DNA of 63,252 nucleotides, filler included, from Octopus bimaculoides (taxonomy: Eukaryota): assembly GCF_001194135.2 (NCBI RefSeq). It is 8 parts of 7 records of this genome, joined end to end, with 100 filler letters (N's around TTAATTAATTAA, not from the genome) between each part and the next. Parts side by side here need not be neighbours in the genome. Positions count along the whole stretch, not along the records: positions 51,157 to 54,443 come from NC_068985.1; positions 54,544 to 61,994 come from NC_068991.1; positions 62,095 to 63,252 come from NW_026380280.1; 5 more parts are not named here. The stretch is one strand, 5' to 3'. The notes under the pieces were generated by a model. The model worked only from the letters and a program-made list of their open reading frames with translations. It did not search any database and was not told where the DNA came from. Of the stretch, positions 51,801 to 63,252 are shown piece after piece (position 1 is the stretch's first letter; every line of letters begins with the position of its first letter). Position numbers and translations under genes: made by a program.

Positions 51801-51832
51801 ATATTATATTATATTTTAATATATTATATTAT

Positions 51833-51883
<51 letters not shown>

Positions 51884-51888
51884 TATAC

Positions 51889-51920
<32 letters not shown>

Positions 51921-52313
51921 TGCATATACATACATATATATGTATATGTCTATACAGACAGACAGATAGATAGATACGCTATTGATTCAAGTTAACCAAT
52001 TAAGCATATGGAAAACAAATCATACTACAACAGTGTTTTGTGCTGAATAGATTTGAAGCTTGTAATGAATCATGAAGTAATGGTTTAATTGCAATTAACA
52101 TTGTCAATGTGAGTGATGATAATGACAATGACGACAATGACAATAACAATGATTGCATTGGATTGGATATTACAATATTAATTATATTTCCAGAGTTTGT
52201 GTTTTGTATTTTGTTGACATGTGACTTGATCTGAGATTGCATGTTGAAACTGAAACAACTATGTTGTAGAAAAGTCATGTGAAGGATATCTTGAACATTT
52301 TGTTTTTATTTAA

Positions 52314-52840
52314 CCCTTTACTTTTTAAACTGGTCATATCCAGCCAATATATTTTACCCATTTTATGATCAAACTGACCACATCCAGCCCAAATATTCTA
52401 CCCATTTTCTATTCAACCTGACCACATACAGCCCAGATATTCTACCCATTTTCTGTTCAAACTGACCACATCCAGCCCAGATATTCTACCCATTTTCTAT
52501 TCAAACTGACCACATCCAGCCCAAATATTCTACCCATTTTCTATTCAAACTGATCACATCTAGCCCAAATATTCTACCCATTTTCTATTCAACCTGACCA
52601 CATCTGGCCCAGATATTCTACCCATTTTCTATTCAAACTGACCACATCCAGCCCAAATATTCTACCCATTTTCTATTCAACCTGACCACATCTAGCCTTT
52701 AACTCCTATTGTACAATGTCACTATAGAAATAAATAAAAACATCATCAAAATTCCAAAGCCGTGAGATTAACGCATGATTAATTCAAAACAATGGGAATA
52801 AATAGGCAATATATTTCACAGTAATCTGAATGCTAAAGGG
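52314..52840 (+). mobile_element. piggyBac-like MITE containing an amplified 44-bp minisatellite
   Basis: TTAA|CCCTTTA ... TAAAGGG|TTAA termini; 8-9 tandem copies of aaactgaccacatccagcccaaatattctacccattttctattc. Confidence 0.85.
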
Positions 52841-54543
52841 TTAAGTCTTTTGTCCTTAAATTCTCAAGGGAATGCAGTGCCCATGACTCTTTACAGGGCA
52901 TCTGAAACTAGTGGGAGTGAGGCAATAAGGGAGGAAGATATTGTTGAATTCAAGACCAGGCCCAAACTTTAGTGACTGAGGCACTGAAGATGCTAAATGG
53001 TGGTGTTAAACTGTCTGAGGAATGTTTGAATTTGAAATCAGAACAAACACAGAGCAGGGACAATTACCACAAAGCATCCAGTTCCATGTTTTTACAGTTT
53101 AGCTAGACGACTGCACTGGATTGATGCAGTTTTACCACATACACCCCCTACATCATCATCATCATCATCATCAAACATCTGTTTTCCATGCTGGCATGGG
53201 TTGAACGCTTTGACTGAAAAATGGTAAGCTGGGGAGCTGCACCAGGTTCCAATTTGATTTGGCATGGTTTCTACAGTTGGATGCCCTTCCTAACACCAAC
53301 TACTCCAGGAGTGTAGTGGGTGATTTTTACATGCCACTGGCATGGGTGCCAGTTACAAAACACCAGCATCAGTCATGACTATGATCTCACTATGATCTCA
53401 CTATGACTATGATCTACTGTAGGGTAGGTGTAAGACACTAGATCTGGCCAGTTTGAATATAAAACTGGTAGAATATTTTGGCTGGATATAGTCAGTTTAA
53501 ATGCTAATGGGTTAACTCTTTTTCAGCATTCAGATTATTCTGAAGCACAGTATATTGCTGAAGGTCTCAGTCACTTGTCACTGCCTCCATGTGGCCCAAA
53601 GTTTGAAGGATGCTTTTTTTACGTGCAACTAGCATGGGTGCCAGATATGCAGCACTGACATTGGCCATGACTATGATTTCACTTGGCTTGATGGATCTTC
53701 TCAAGTACAGCATATCACCCAACATTTGAAGGGTGCTTTTTATGTGCCAGTGGCATGAATGCCAGATACATGACACTGGCACCAAACATGACTGCGATTT
53801 CGCTCGGTTTGACGAGTCTATCTTCAAAAAGAATAAAAGGAGGAAAGGCAAATTTGATGTTGATAGGATTTGAACTGAGAGTATAGAGAACTGGAACAAA
53901 TACTGACATTCTAACAACTCTGACAATTGTTTAAGAAGTGAGGGTGAGATTTTGAGTGATATGTCGCTGCCATTTCTAGCAAATCAAACAATCACTTCAG
54001 TGTGCTACCCCCACCACCACTACCACTACTACTACTACTACTACTACCACAACCACCATCGTTGGCTCCAGTGTAGACTAGTTATTGTTGTCATTGTTAT
54101 TATTGTTTAACCCCAGGTCAACCCCTAGTTAATTAGATCAATCACCAAAAGTATTCCAGCCATGGTCACCATGTCTTTTCTCCGCAGGTAGATAATCTAG
54201 GACTGCATTATTTTAAACATGTCACTTTTTGTTTGAGAATGGTAAGACATCATTTAACCCTTTAGCATTTGGATTACTCTGTCAATTGTAACATTTGTTT
54301 ATTTGTATTGTTTTGAATTAATCATGCATTATTTCATAGCTCTATTTATTTCCTCTTATTCCTTTATGTCGAAGAGCATAAGCTCAAAACATAAAAGATT
54401 TTTACATTTTTCCCGAGTGTCCAACTAATAAACCTGCTTGTTGNNNNNNNNNNNNNNNNNNNNNNNNNNNNNNNNNNNNNNNNNNNNTTAATTAATTAAN
54501 NNNNNNNNNNNNNNNNNNNNNNNNNNNNNNNNNNNNNNNNNNN

Positions 54544-54594
54544 TAGACGGAAACTGAAAGAAGCCCGTCGTATATGTGTATATATATACATATG

Positions 54595-54641
<47 letters not shown>

Positions 54642-54822
54642 TTGTTTGTGTGTCTGTGTTTGTCCCCCAAAATCGCTTGACAACCGATGCTGGTGTGTTT
54701 ATGTCCCCGTAACTTAGAATAAGTACTAGGCATCCAAAGAATAAGTCCTGGGGTCGATTTGCTCGACTAAAGGCGGTGCTCCAGCATGGCCGCAGTCAAA
54801 TGACTGAAACAAGTAAAAGAGT
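54544..54822 (+). mobile_element. SINE family A copy (CpG-intact, 5' end in gap)
   Basis: tagacggaaactgaaagaagcccgtcg...ggcggtgctccagcatggccgcagtcaaatgactgaaac. Confidence 0.85.
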
Positions 54823-56919
54823 AATATAGAATATAACACAAAAGTAACTAAAAGTGCATTTGTATGCATTCAACCTATCTGACCCTATTTATCACGAAAT
54901 CCCCTGTGATTTCTCACAGAACGCAAACGATCTCTCCTGAATCTTGACGAAAACCTTTGGTTTGGAAGCGATGATCGAGAGATAGTATTTTCACTCATTT
55001 ATGAACCTCAATCAGGTTTTCTTTTTCGTTCAACGCATTTTAAATCATTTACAATCTTACCTGTGCTAATTTTGGAAACCGCTTGTTTTTCCATAATCCC
55101 AACAACCGGCTGATAAATACATGTTCAGTTATTTTCTACTGACGTGATTTACAGAAAATATTAACAGCCCGTGAGAGGATGTCTCGCTTGTAAATCAAGT
55201 TTGGCTGCGAAATTTATGCTGCTTCTCAGACAGTAATTGTTGTGGACCCAATGTCCTGACATACCTCGCATTCACACTCACCGACACGTGATGCTATTCG
55301 TATTAACCCTTTGATACCAATTCACATGACAACCTCTGCTTATGCTATGGAGAAATGTCAAATTTTAAAGTGTTCATATTAAAATAAGATATAAATAAAA
55401 CAATAGTTGCATAATAATATTTTTTAAAATGGCTGTGTCTTTATTTACGTGCCTATGTATGTATATGAGTGTGTGTGTGTGGACTGGGCGATTTCTGGAC
55501 TGGGCGATTTCTGGACAGGGCGATTTCTGGACTGGGCGATGCGTTGTGTCTTTGCGCAAATATAATTGCACATAATTATATTCTTATGCGCGCACATTCC
55601 ACACACACGCATATATTTATAATATACACACACATTTAAGCATCTGTATACATTCACACGCAAATGTAAATGTGTATAAAACAAACTTTAGTGTGAAAGG
55701 AGGGAATGTGCATTTTTTGTGTGTGGTACATTTTGTGCGTGGTTGTTAAAACCTCCCCTGTAGTCATGAATGACCATGGAGATGCACCTAGAAAGGTTCC
55801 CCTCTAAAGCACAAGTCCGGGAAAGTTTGTTTATGCTCCAGTTCACTCATCTGTAGAACTGAGTTACGACATTTGCCTTTCCCTTGAATAACATCGGTGG
55901 GGTGATGAGGGGAGGCTGGTATATATGGGCAACTACTGGCCTTCCATAAACAACCTAGCTCAGACTTCTGCCTCGGAAGTGCAATCCCATGGTCATTCAT
56001 GACCGAAGGGGGTCTTTACCTTTTACATTGTTGTTACCCGTTCAAATTTACAATTGAGGCTAAGTTCGTTTTCCCGTGTGTTGTCTGAGTCAGTGACTTG
56101 TCAATGTATCGTATTATAGAGATGTGTAGATATCTGTACTGAATCTATGCTTATCTAGTGCGTCTTGCTTTCAAATTCAAGTAGCTTCCTGTTCAGTACG
56201 GTTGATTTATTGCTCACTGAATCGTTCGCAAGTGGTAAGAGTAGTCTCTCCTATGCCAGCCCCAACGAGGTTAGCAGATTTTCCATCGAAGCACATTATA
56301 TAGTATAGTGTATTTCTAGCCTTAGAATAGTTCTTCAGTTTCAACACGTGATCTCAAATCAAGTCACCATATATTAATATTATCTCAGTTTAAAAAAACC
56401 TTGACAATGTAAATATGTAAATATGGGTAGTAAAAATCATATACAAAAACCAGGATATCACATCCGTTTTATAGGTAGAGACACCAAGGTAAAGCGATGC
56501 ATTTTGAGTAGATACGAATAATAACAATAAATGGAGCAAAACGCATATAAAAAAAGTTCCTTTAATTCCTACATATGTTTCAAAATATATGTGCAATCTA
56601 CTCCAAAGAAGTAAGAGCTGCTGGAATTGCACATATATTCATCGTCAGGGAACCGACATATAGAAGCAAGACAAATGCGAAATGGTAAGGTAACTTACGA
56701 GTTATAATGTTATAATATTATATGGCCAAGTAAGTGACCGTTAGAAGAACGCTGGTTTACATAGAGTTATAACGGGAGGTGGGCTGTAAACACTATACTA
56801 AAGGTTTAAATTAAATGATTAAAATGGGGAGGGGGGCAAAATGGACCACAGTAAAGTAAATTGAAGCCGTAAACTATAAGCTAATTCAAATGTGGAGGAA
56901 GGGAGGAAAAAATAATAAC

Positions 56920-57570
56920 ATACTAATATAAAGCGAAGAATGTAAATATAAAAAAAATAAATAAAGCATCATGGCCTTGTAATATATTATATTAATATAC
57001 GGATATTAACGCAAATTAATGGTAAAACAAGGTACAGGATATTTAGTTGAGAAATAATAATAATAACAATAATAAGGAGAAGATCGGGAATATTTAGTTA
57101 AAGTTACTAATGGTACAAACACAACCAGTGTGGCATTACTAGGAAGAATTTACTTAACCAACTCTAGAAGGGGAAAATAAAGGACAAGTGGCGATGGAGG
57201 CAGTAATAGATACTGTTTAAGATTATATTAAAAATATTGAAATTAATAACATACTGATTTGAAGCGAAGAATGTAATCATGATAAATGAAACATCATTGC
57301 CTTGTAATATATTAATATACGGATGTTAACGCAAATAAATGGTAGAACAAGGTACAAGATATTTTGTTGAGAAATAATAATAACAGCAATATACATGTTT
57401 ACAAGGAGAAGATCGGGTATATTTAGTTAAAGTTACTGGTGGTACAAGGAAAACTCATGTAGCATTACTGGGAAGGAATTACTTAACCAACTATACAAGG
57501 GGAAAATAAAGGACAAGTGGCGATGGATGCAGAAATAGATATTATTTAAGACTATATTAAAGGATATTAT
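56920..57570. repeat. Diverged tandem duplication, period about 330 bp
   Basis: aagcgaagaatgtaa, ggagaagatcggg.atatttagttaaagttact and ggggaaaataaaggacaagtggcgatgga each occur twice about 330 bp apart. Confidence 0.9.
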
Positions 57571-60500
57571 TCAGAGGACATTAGGTAAAAAAAGGAAATG
57601 AGTGTGCATACGTCTCATATTGTCTTTCCGCGTTAGGCACGTTATTAAACATACACACATATACATATGTAACGACTGACATGCGTGGTTATCTTAATAT
57701 ATGTGAGTGTATGTCAGGAACATTCTATACCACCCCACGACGTCACATTTTGTATATGAGTATATAACTGAATATGAGTGCATTTCTGGATTTCGTACGT
57801 TATTAAAAACATACACACATTTACACATACATATGTGTCGACTGACATGCCTGAATGTATTTATGTGAGTGCTAGAGGTGAAACTCTTGAAAAAATAAAC
57901 AATGTCGCAAGGTCCAGGGTATAAATAAAAATACACATTTACTGTTCCATTACCAGTTAATAATTATCACAGTAGCTGCAATGTATTTACAATTACATAT
58001 TTACCCTTACATTCAGAAATATATATATATATATATAAAATAGTTATTAATATTTCTAAGTCTCTCTAAAGGAGACTACGGCAGCGGTACTGGAAATTAA
58101 TAGTTATCGCCAAGCCAACATGGCAGTCCCAAAATTAGGACGAAAGCTGCCGTCTCTCTCTAATAATTATTATGGCATTTACTGTTAAATTAACAGTTCC
58201 ACGCATGTGCTTCTATTTCATTAATTTGTACTGCATACAAAAATACTGACATACTCTATACATACCACGCGGTAAGCCATTATGACTTAAATTTTCAAAT
58301 AATTTATTATTACATAGTCTCATATGACTGCACAGGCTCACTTTGCTTCTTATTCTACAGCCACACCAGTAATCTAATGTCAACCCTTCGCCTTCTGCAA
58401 CATTTCAACAGTTCACTTCCCCGTTGCCGTTTCCCACTGCAGCCCATTTCCGGAATGTACCCATTTACGTACACTATCTCCATTACACCTCCATTCATTT
58501 GATCGTCAACCATACAATGAGTCGTGTTAGACGCAGCACTGACCGCTTTTCGGGGGAGGGGGTTAAAAATTACATACCCACCCCATTCCCAATTTTCCAG
58601 GATAGGTTAGGGCCTGGAATCCTCAGACGGACGTATTACATATCGCTTAGTCGAATTAAACCATCATTTACGCCACAAATGTTTTGTCGTCAATGCTGCA
58701 CTTTCCCGTATCACCTGTTTCAACACACACACAAACCATACCGTTTTCATTTTTGTGGACAAACAAACTAATAAGACATATAATAAAGATAATAGATTCA
58801 TATACGTAATGGCTTCCCTTGAACCATTCAGTTTCATTTCTTTTAAATATATATACTCATGCACAGGAATGCACATATACCTCCACACATACAACCCCAT
58901 GTACACACAAAAACACGTATACACCTGCACATACACACACACGCACACAGACAATTACACATACATGGGCATATACACACGCACACAAACTGCCAATCAA
59001 GCACCTTTTCACTGACCATTCCTCTACACAGATGTGAAGAGACACACAATTACACAAAGGACCACCACTCCTGTTACCGTGCTGCTGAAATTCCTCCTAC
59101 AACATTAAGAGACAAAGTTCATTCACACATATAAACAACCAACACCACACATACCTCCTCTTACACTCTCCTGTCTCAGAAAGAACTTTTTCTTCACCCA
59201 TTCCCTTCCGGTGATTTCAAAATGTAACCACATGTGAATCGTTGGTGATTTTTTTCCTCCGTCTTTTTCTTTTGTACTTTCCTCCGTCTCCTGTTTCTGG
59301 CGAAGAGATTTGCTCGAAACGTAAAACCACTTTACTTTTCTTCCCTGAGCGTCTGCTAATACTTTGCCTGTACCACGTTCTCGCATTGTTTTCTTTTTGT
59401 TCTTCGTTTTTTTTTTTTAATTTACTATGGTAGAGATGGACTATATGTAATCTGAACCTTTCCCCCCCTTATTTATTAATTTTTTTTACGGANNNNNNNN
59501 NNNNNNNNNNNNNNNNNNNNNNNNNNNNNNNNNNNNNNNNNNNNNNNNNNNNNNNNNNNNNNNNNNNNNNNNNNNNNNNNNNNNNNNNNNNNNNNNNNNN
59601 NNNNNNNNNNNNNNNNNNNNNNNNNNNNNNNNNNNNNNNNNNNNNNNNNNNNNNNNNNNNNNNNNNNNNNNNNNNNNNNNNNNNNNNNNNNNNNNNNNNN
59701 NNNNNNNNNNNNNNNNNNNNNNNNNNNNNNNNNNNNNNNNNNNNNNNNNNNNNNNNNNNNNNNNNNNNNNNNNNNNNNNNNNNNNNNNNNNNNNNNNNNN
59801 NNNNNNNNNNNNNNNNNNNNNNNNNNNNCTCATTTTCATATATTATAATGGCGATGTGCTGGAATGTTCATTTATGAAAAAAAATAAAAAAAAATTAAAA
59901 GTGGGGGTATACCCAGATTACATATACTCCATCTCCACCTTTACTATATATGAAAATGAGAAGACAAAGGAATAAATGGTCATCTCATTTTCTTATTTCC
60001 GCTCTATATTCATCTAACACTTATATTGAGTTCTATACCAGCATATTAGTCTCACAATGCCTAAGCGAAATATACGTGGGTCTAGTTTTTTTCATTTGCA
60101 AAAATATGCATTTTTTAAAAACGAAGTGAAAAAATCTGAAAATTGGCTATAAAAATGTAGCCTTTCAATCTCATTGCTTTGGAGGTATGAGATTGTGGAC
60201 AAAAAAGTTACAGAAGTAATCGAAAAAACTGAGTATTTTTAGCCAATAGCAAGAAAGAAATTTTCTGCGTTTAGCAGAGCGGTGTCAATTTTAAGGCAGT
60301 ACCCTGTGAAATTTATAGTTTAGCATCTGACTTGTTCATTGTGGGTTTCTAATTAAACAGAAATACCTAATAAAATCAACATGTGTCATCTTACTGTTTA
60401 TTTTGTCTGTTCATTGACTTTATGTTTTTATCATTTTTAAAAATTTGTTATATCAATATATTTGTCTGCAATGTCTTTACTTTGGACGAACTTTAGTATT

Positions 60501-60636
60501 AGGTGTACCTAATACATGTGTTTATGTACATTATTAATATATAAATGCATGTGTGTGAAAAGTTGAGTAACGTTTTCAGGCTTGGATTTATAAGCTACGA
60601 TAAGAATAACACTGGTCAACAAAGAATACCTGTATC

Positions 60637-61277
60637 GGCACTATCATGCTATTAGCTGTCAGAAGTGAAAGTGCTCACTGCCTGCTAGTGAAGTATCTGT
60701 CTGTCTGCCTGCATGCCTGTTGCTGGCCTGTCGATTCTTTGGCTACTGACAGCTAATACTATGACTGGCCGGAGCGAGCTATATGTCTGTCTGTCTGTCT
60801 CTCTCTCTATCTATCTATCTATTACTCGAAAGTTCGCGCGTCCGCGCTAGCTAGTCGTGAGTAGAAAACACAAATTTAATATAAAAACGTATTTCCTGAA
60901 ATTGCAAATTATTCAAAATATAAAAATATAATTTTCAACAGAGAGAATTTATCAAAATAGAAAACAAATGAAGTTTGAAGTTTAAAAATAATAGGATCGA
61001 CCACTCACGACTAGCTAGCGCGGACGCGAGTACCCTTATACTCTGTGTTTTCAAACGCATGGATATAGGTGTCAAATTTGTTCCAATAACTTTCGAGTAA
61101 TAGATAGATAGATAGAGAGAGAGAGAGACAGACATATAGCTCGCTCCGGCCAGTCATGGTATTAGCTGTCAGTAGCCAAAGAATCGACAGGCCAGCAACA
61201 GGCATGCAGGCAGACAGACAGATACTTCACTAACGGTGAGCACTTTCACTTCTGACAGCTAATAGCATGATAGTGCC
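60637..61277. mobile_element. Foldback non-autonomous DNA transposon with about 190-200-bp TIRs and a perfect 8-bp TSD (Merlin- or Mutator-like)
   Basis: Termini GGCACTATCATGCTATTAGCTG and its reverse complement; CCTGTATC at both 60629-60636 and 61278-61285. Confidence 0.92.
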
Positions 61278-61957
61278 CCTGTATCTTATATGTTTTTGCA
61301 TGCAGAATAAAAAAAATGTCAAATTATTTGTATCACCCAGTTTCTCTGTTCCACGATATCCCTCTCAGTTCCTGTTACGTGGGCTAAATTTCAGTTAAGC
61401 TGTTGAAATGTGAAGCTAACGGTTTAAGAAATACTCTTAATTAAAATATTTTTGAATAGAATTAACCTAATGAAATCATAAATCCAGCTGAGTCAATGAG
61501 TCCCAAAAATATATGGAATGAAAAATATGTAAAGATACTAACACACAGAAGCACAGGAAAATATGTGATATACTAACACACAGAAAAATTAAAACGCAGG
61601 TGAAATCAACATAGACGACAGTGAACCACAACACAGCAAGCGGTTGTCATGGTAAAAAGCTGTAAATGCCATGCTGTCTGTTGATTGGCTAAACTTACCC
61701 AGCTTTTCGAACTTTAATTCCAAATAACATAAGATTCTTTAATTTACGAGATAAAGTAATAGCTTGATCGTAATCAAAATTCAGAGTTGCAATGATGCAC
61801 CAAAATTGAAAGCAATCTGAGCAAAATTAAGAGGGGCCCATTTTGCGAATGAGAAAGACTGGGTCCATATGCGTGTGTGAATATACATATATGTATAGAC
61901 ACAGATACTTACATACACTTATATACACGCACACACACACACACACATATGTATGTA

Positions 61958-61994
<37 letters not shown>

Positions 61995-62599
61995 NNNNNN
62001 NNNNNNNNNNNNNNNNNNNNNNNNNNNNNNNNNNNNNNTTAATTAATTAANNNNNNNNNNNNNNNNNNNNNNNNNNNNNNNNNNNNNNNNNNNNGTATAT
62101 ATGCATATACTCATTTACTATTTGTTTTTATATATATATATATTGGCCCTTTGGCCCTCGTGCCAGTGGCACGTAAAAGCACCCACTACACTCTCGGAGT
62201 GGTTGGCGTTAGGAAGGGCATCCAGCTGTAGAAACTCTGCCAGATCAGATTGGAGCCTGGTGCAGCCTTCTGGCTTGCCAGTCCTCAGTCAAATCGTCCA
62301 ACCCATGCTAGCATGGAAAGCGGACGTTAAACGATGATGATGATGTATATGTATAAGTCTATATGTATAGTTGTATATGTATAGATGTATATGCATAGAT
62401 GTATATATATATATAGATAGATAGATAGATGTATATGTATACATGTATATGTGTAGGTGTCTATATATAGATGTACATGTACTGTGTACACATATATACA
62501 GGCATATGTATGTATGCCTGTATATACGTGAGATAATTTTCAGTATTAAAGTGAAAGTAATAAAGTGAAAATATCTGACATTAGAATAGAGAGATGTTA

Positions 62600-62800
62600 T
62601 TGTTTCACTTTTGACACGTAATACTGCAATAGTTGGAGGATATGTGATATTGCACTGGGCTCGCACTAGGCAAGAAGTTAAAAAATTTTTTGCCTAAAAC
62701 ACTACATGGACCCTAAGTAAGGTATGTGTAAAATTTGAATGAAATTGGTTGTGTAGTTCTGGAGTTTTAGGGATTCACACACACATTCTCATCTTTATAT
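62600..62800 (-). mobile_element. 5' end of a non-autonomous Helitron-like element
   Basis: Minus strand begins TCTCTATATATATAAAGATGAGAATGTGTGTG...aaccaatttcattcaaatttt. Confidence 0.5.
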
Positions 62801-62808
62801 ATATAGAG

Positions 62809-62842
<34 letters not shown>

Positions 62843-63252
62843 CACATACATTCTTAGATATTCTTCAATATTTATATTCTTAAATGCGAATTAATTACTA
62901 TTGTTAGTTTCAAATTTTGGCATAAGGCCAGCAATTTGGAGAAGGGATAAGCCGATTACATCGACCTCAGTACTCAACTGGTATTTACCGCCCCCTAAAG
63001 GTTGAAAGTAGAAGTCGACCTCGATAGAATTTGAAATCAGAACGTAAAGGCGAACCAAATGCCGCTAAGCGTTTTGTCCGATGCGCTAACGATTCTGCCA
63101 GCCTGCTGCTTTAATTATTTCAGAATGTGGAACACACAAGAAAAAAAAAAAACTGATTTACTAGTATTGTCGAAATGCAGAATACTATAAAATGTTGAAA
63201 GACAAAAAGACACCGATAGAATAAGTACTAGGCATCCAAAGAATAAGTCCTG

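Noticed and set aside
52327-52700. Regularly spaced 44-bp repeats as a possible CRISPR array (likewise 39370-39730)
   Set aside because: Head-to-tail units with no unique spacers, eukaryotic context, and no cas genes.
58380-58720. Relatively GC/CpG-rich unique stretch with a 115-aa ORF, a possible promoter or exon
   Set aside because: No recognisable domain, splice pattern or promoter evidence from sequence alone.

Overview
AT-rich, microsatellite-dense animal genomic scaffold with many N gaps. The SINE/LINE families and (TA)n/(CA)n/(GATA)n density suggest a coleoid cephalopod, probably Octopus; this is inference from pattern recognition, not a search. The only well-supported host gene is a + strand, multi-exon, long coiled-coil protein. 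Twelve exons between 27950 and 39154 splice at canonical AG/GT sites into one uninterrupted frame of about 775 codons. Its start and stop are not securely visible, and I cannot name the orthologue. The rest is a transposon landscape: a full-length decayed Buster-type hAT element with perfect 16-bp TIRs and an 8-bp TSD, RTE, L1/Tx1, RLE-type and CR1/Nimb-like LINE fragments, Penelope-like remnants, Helitron ends, a mariner pseudogene, several MITEs, three tRNA-type SINE families and minisatellites. The most notable observations are a minimal hammerhead-ribozyme motif with an intact catalytic core in a Penelope-like end (51450-51497, minus), an apparently young 641-bp foldback element with a perfect 8-bp TSD, a perfect 54-nt palindrome inside an exon-like segment, and a LINE 3' end that shares its tail with a local SINE family. 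Seven 100-bp 44N-TTAATTAATTAA-44N blocks are assembly spacers, not biology.
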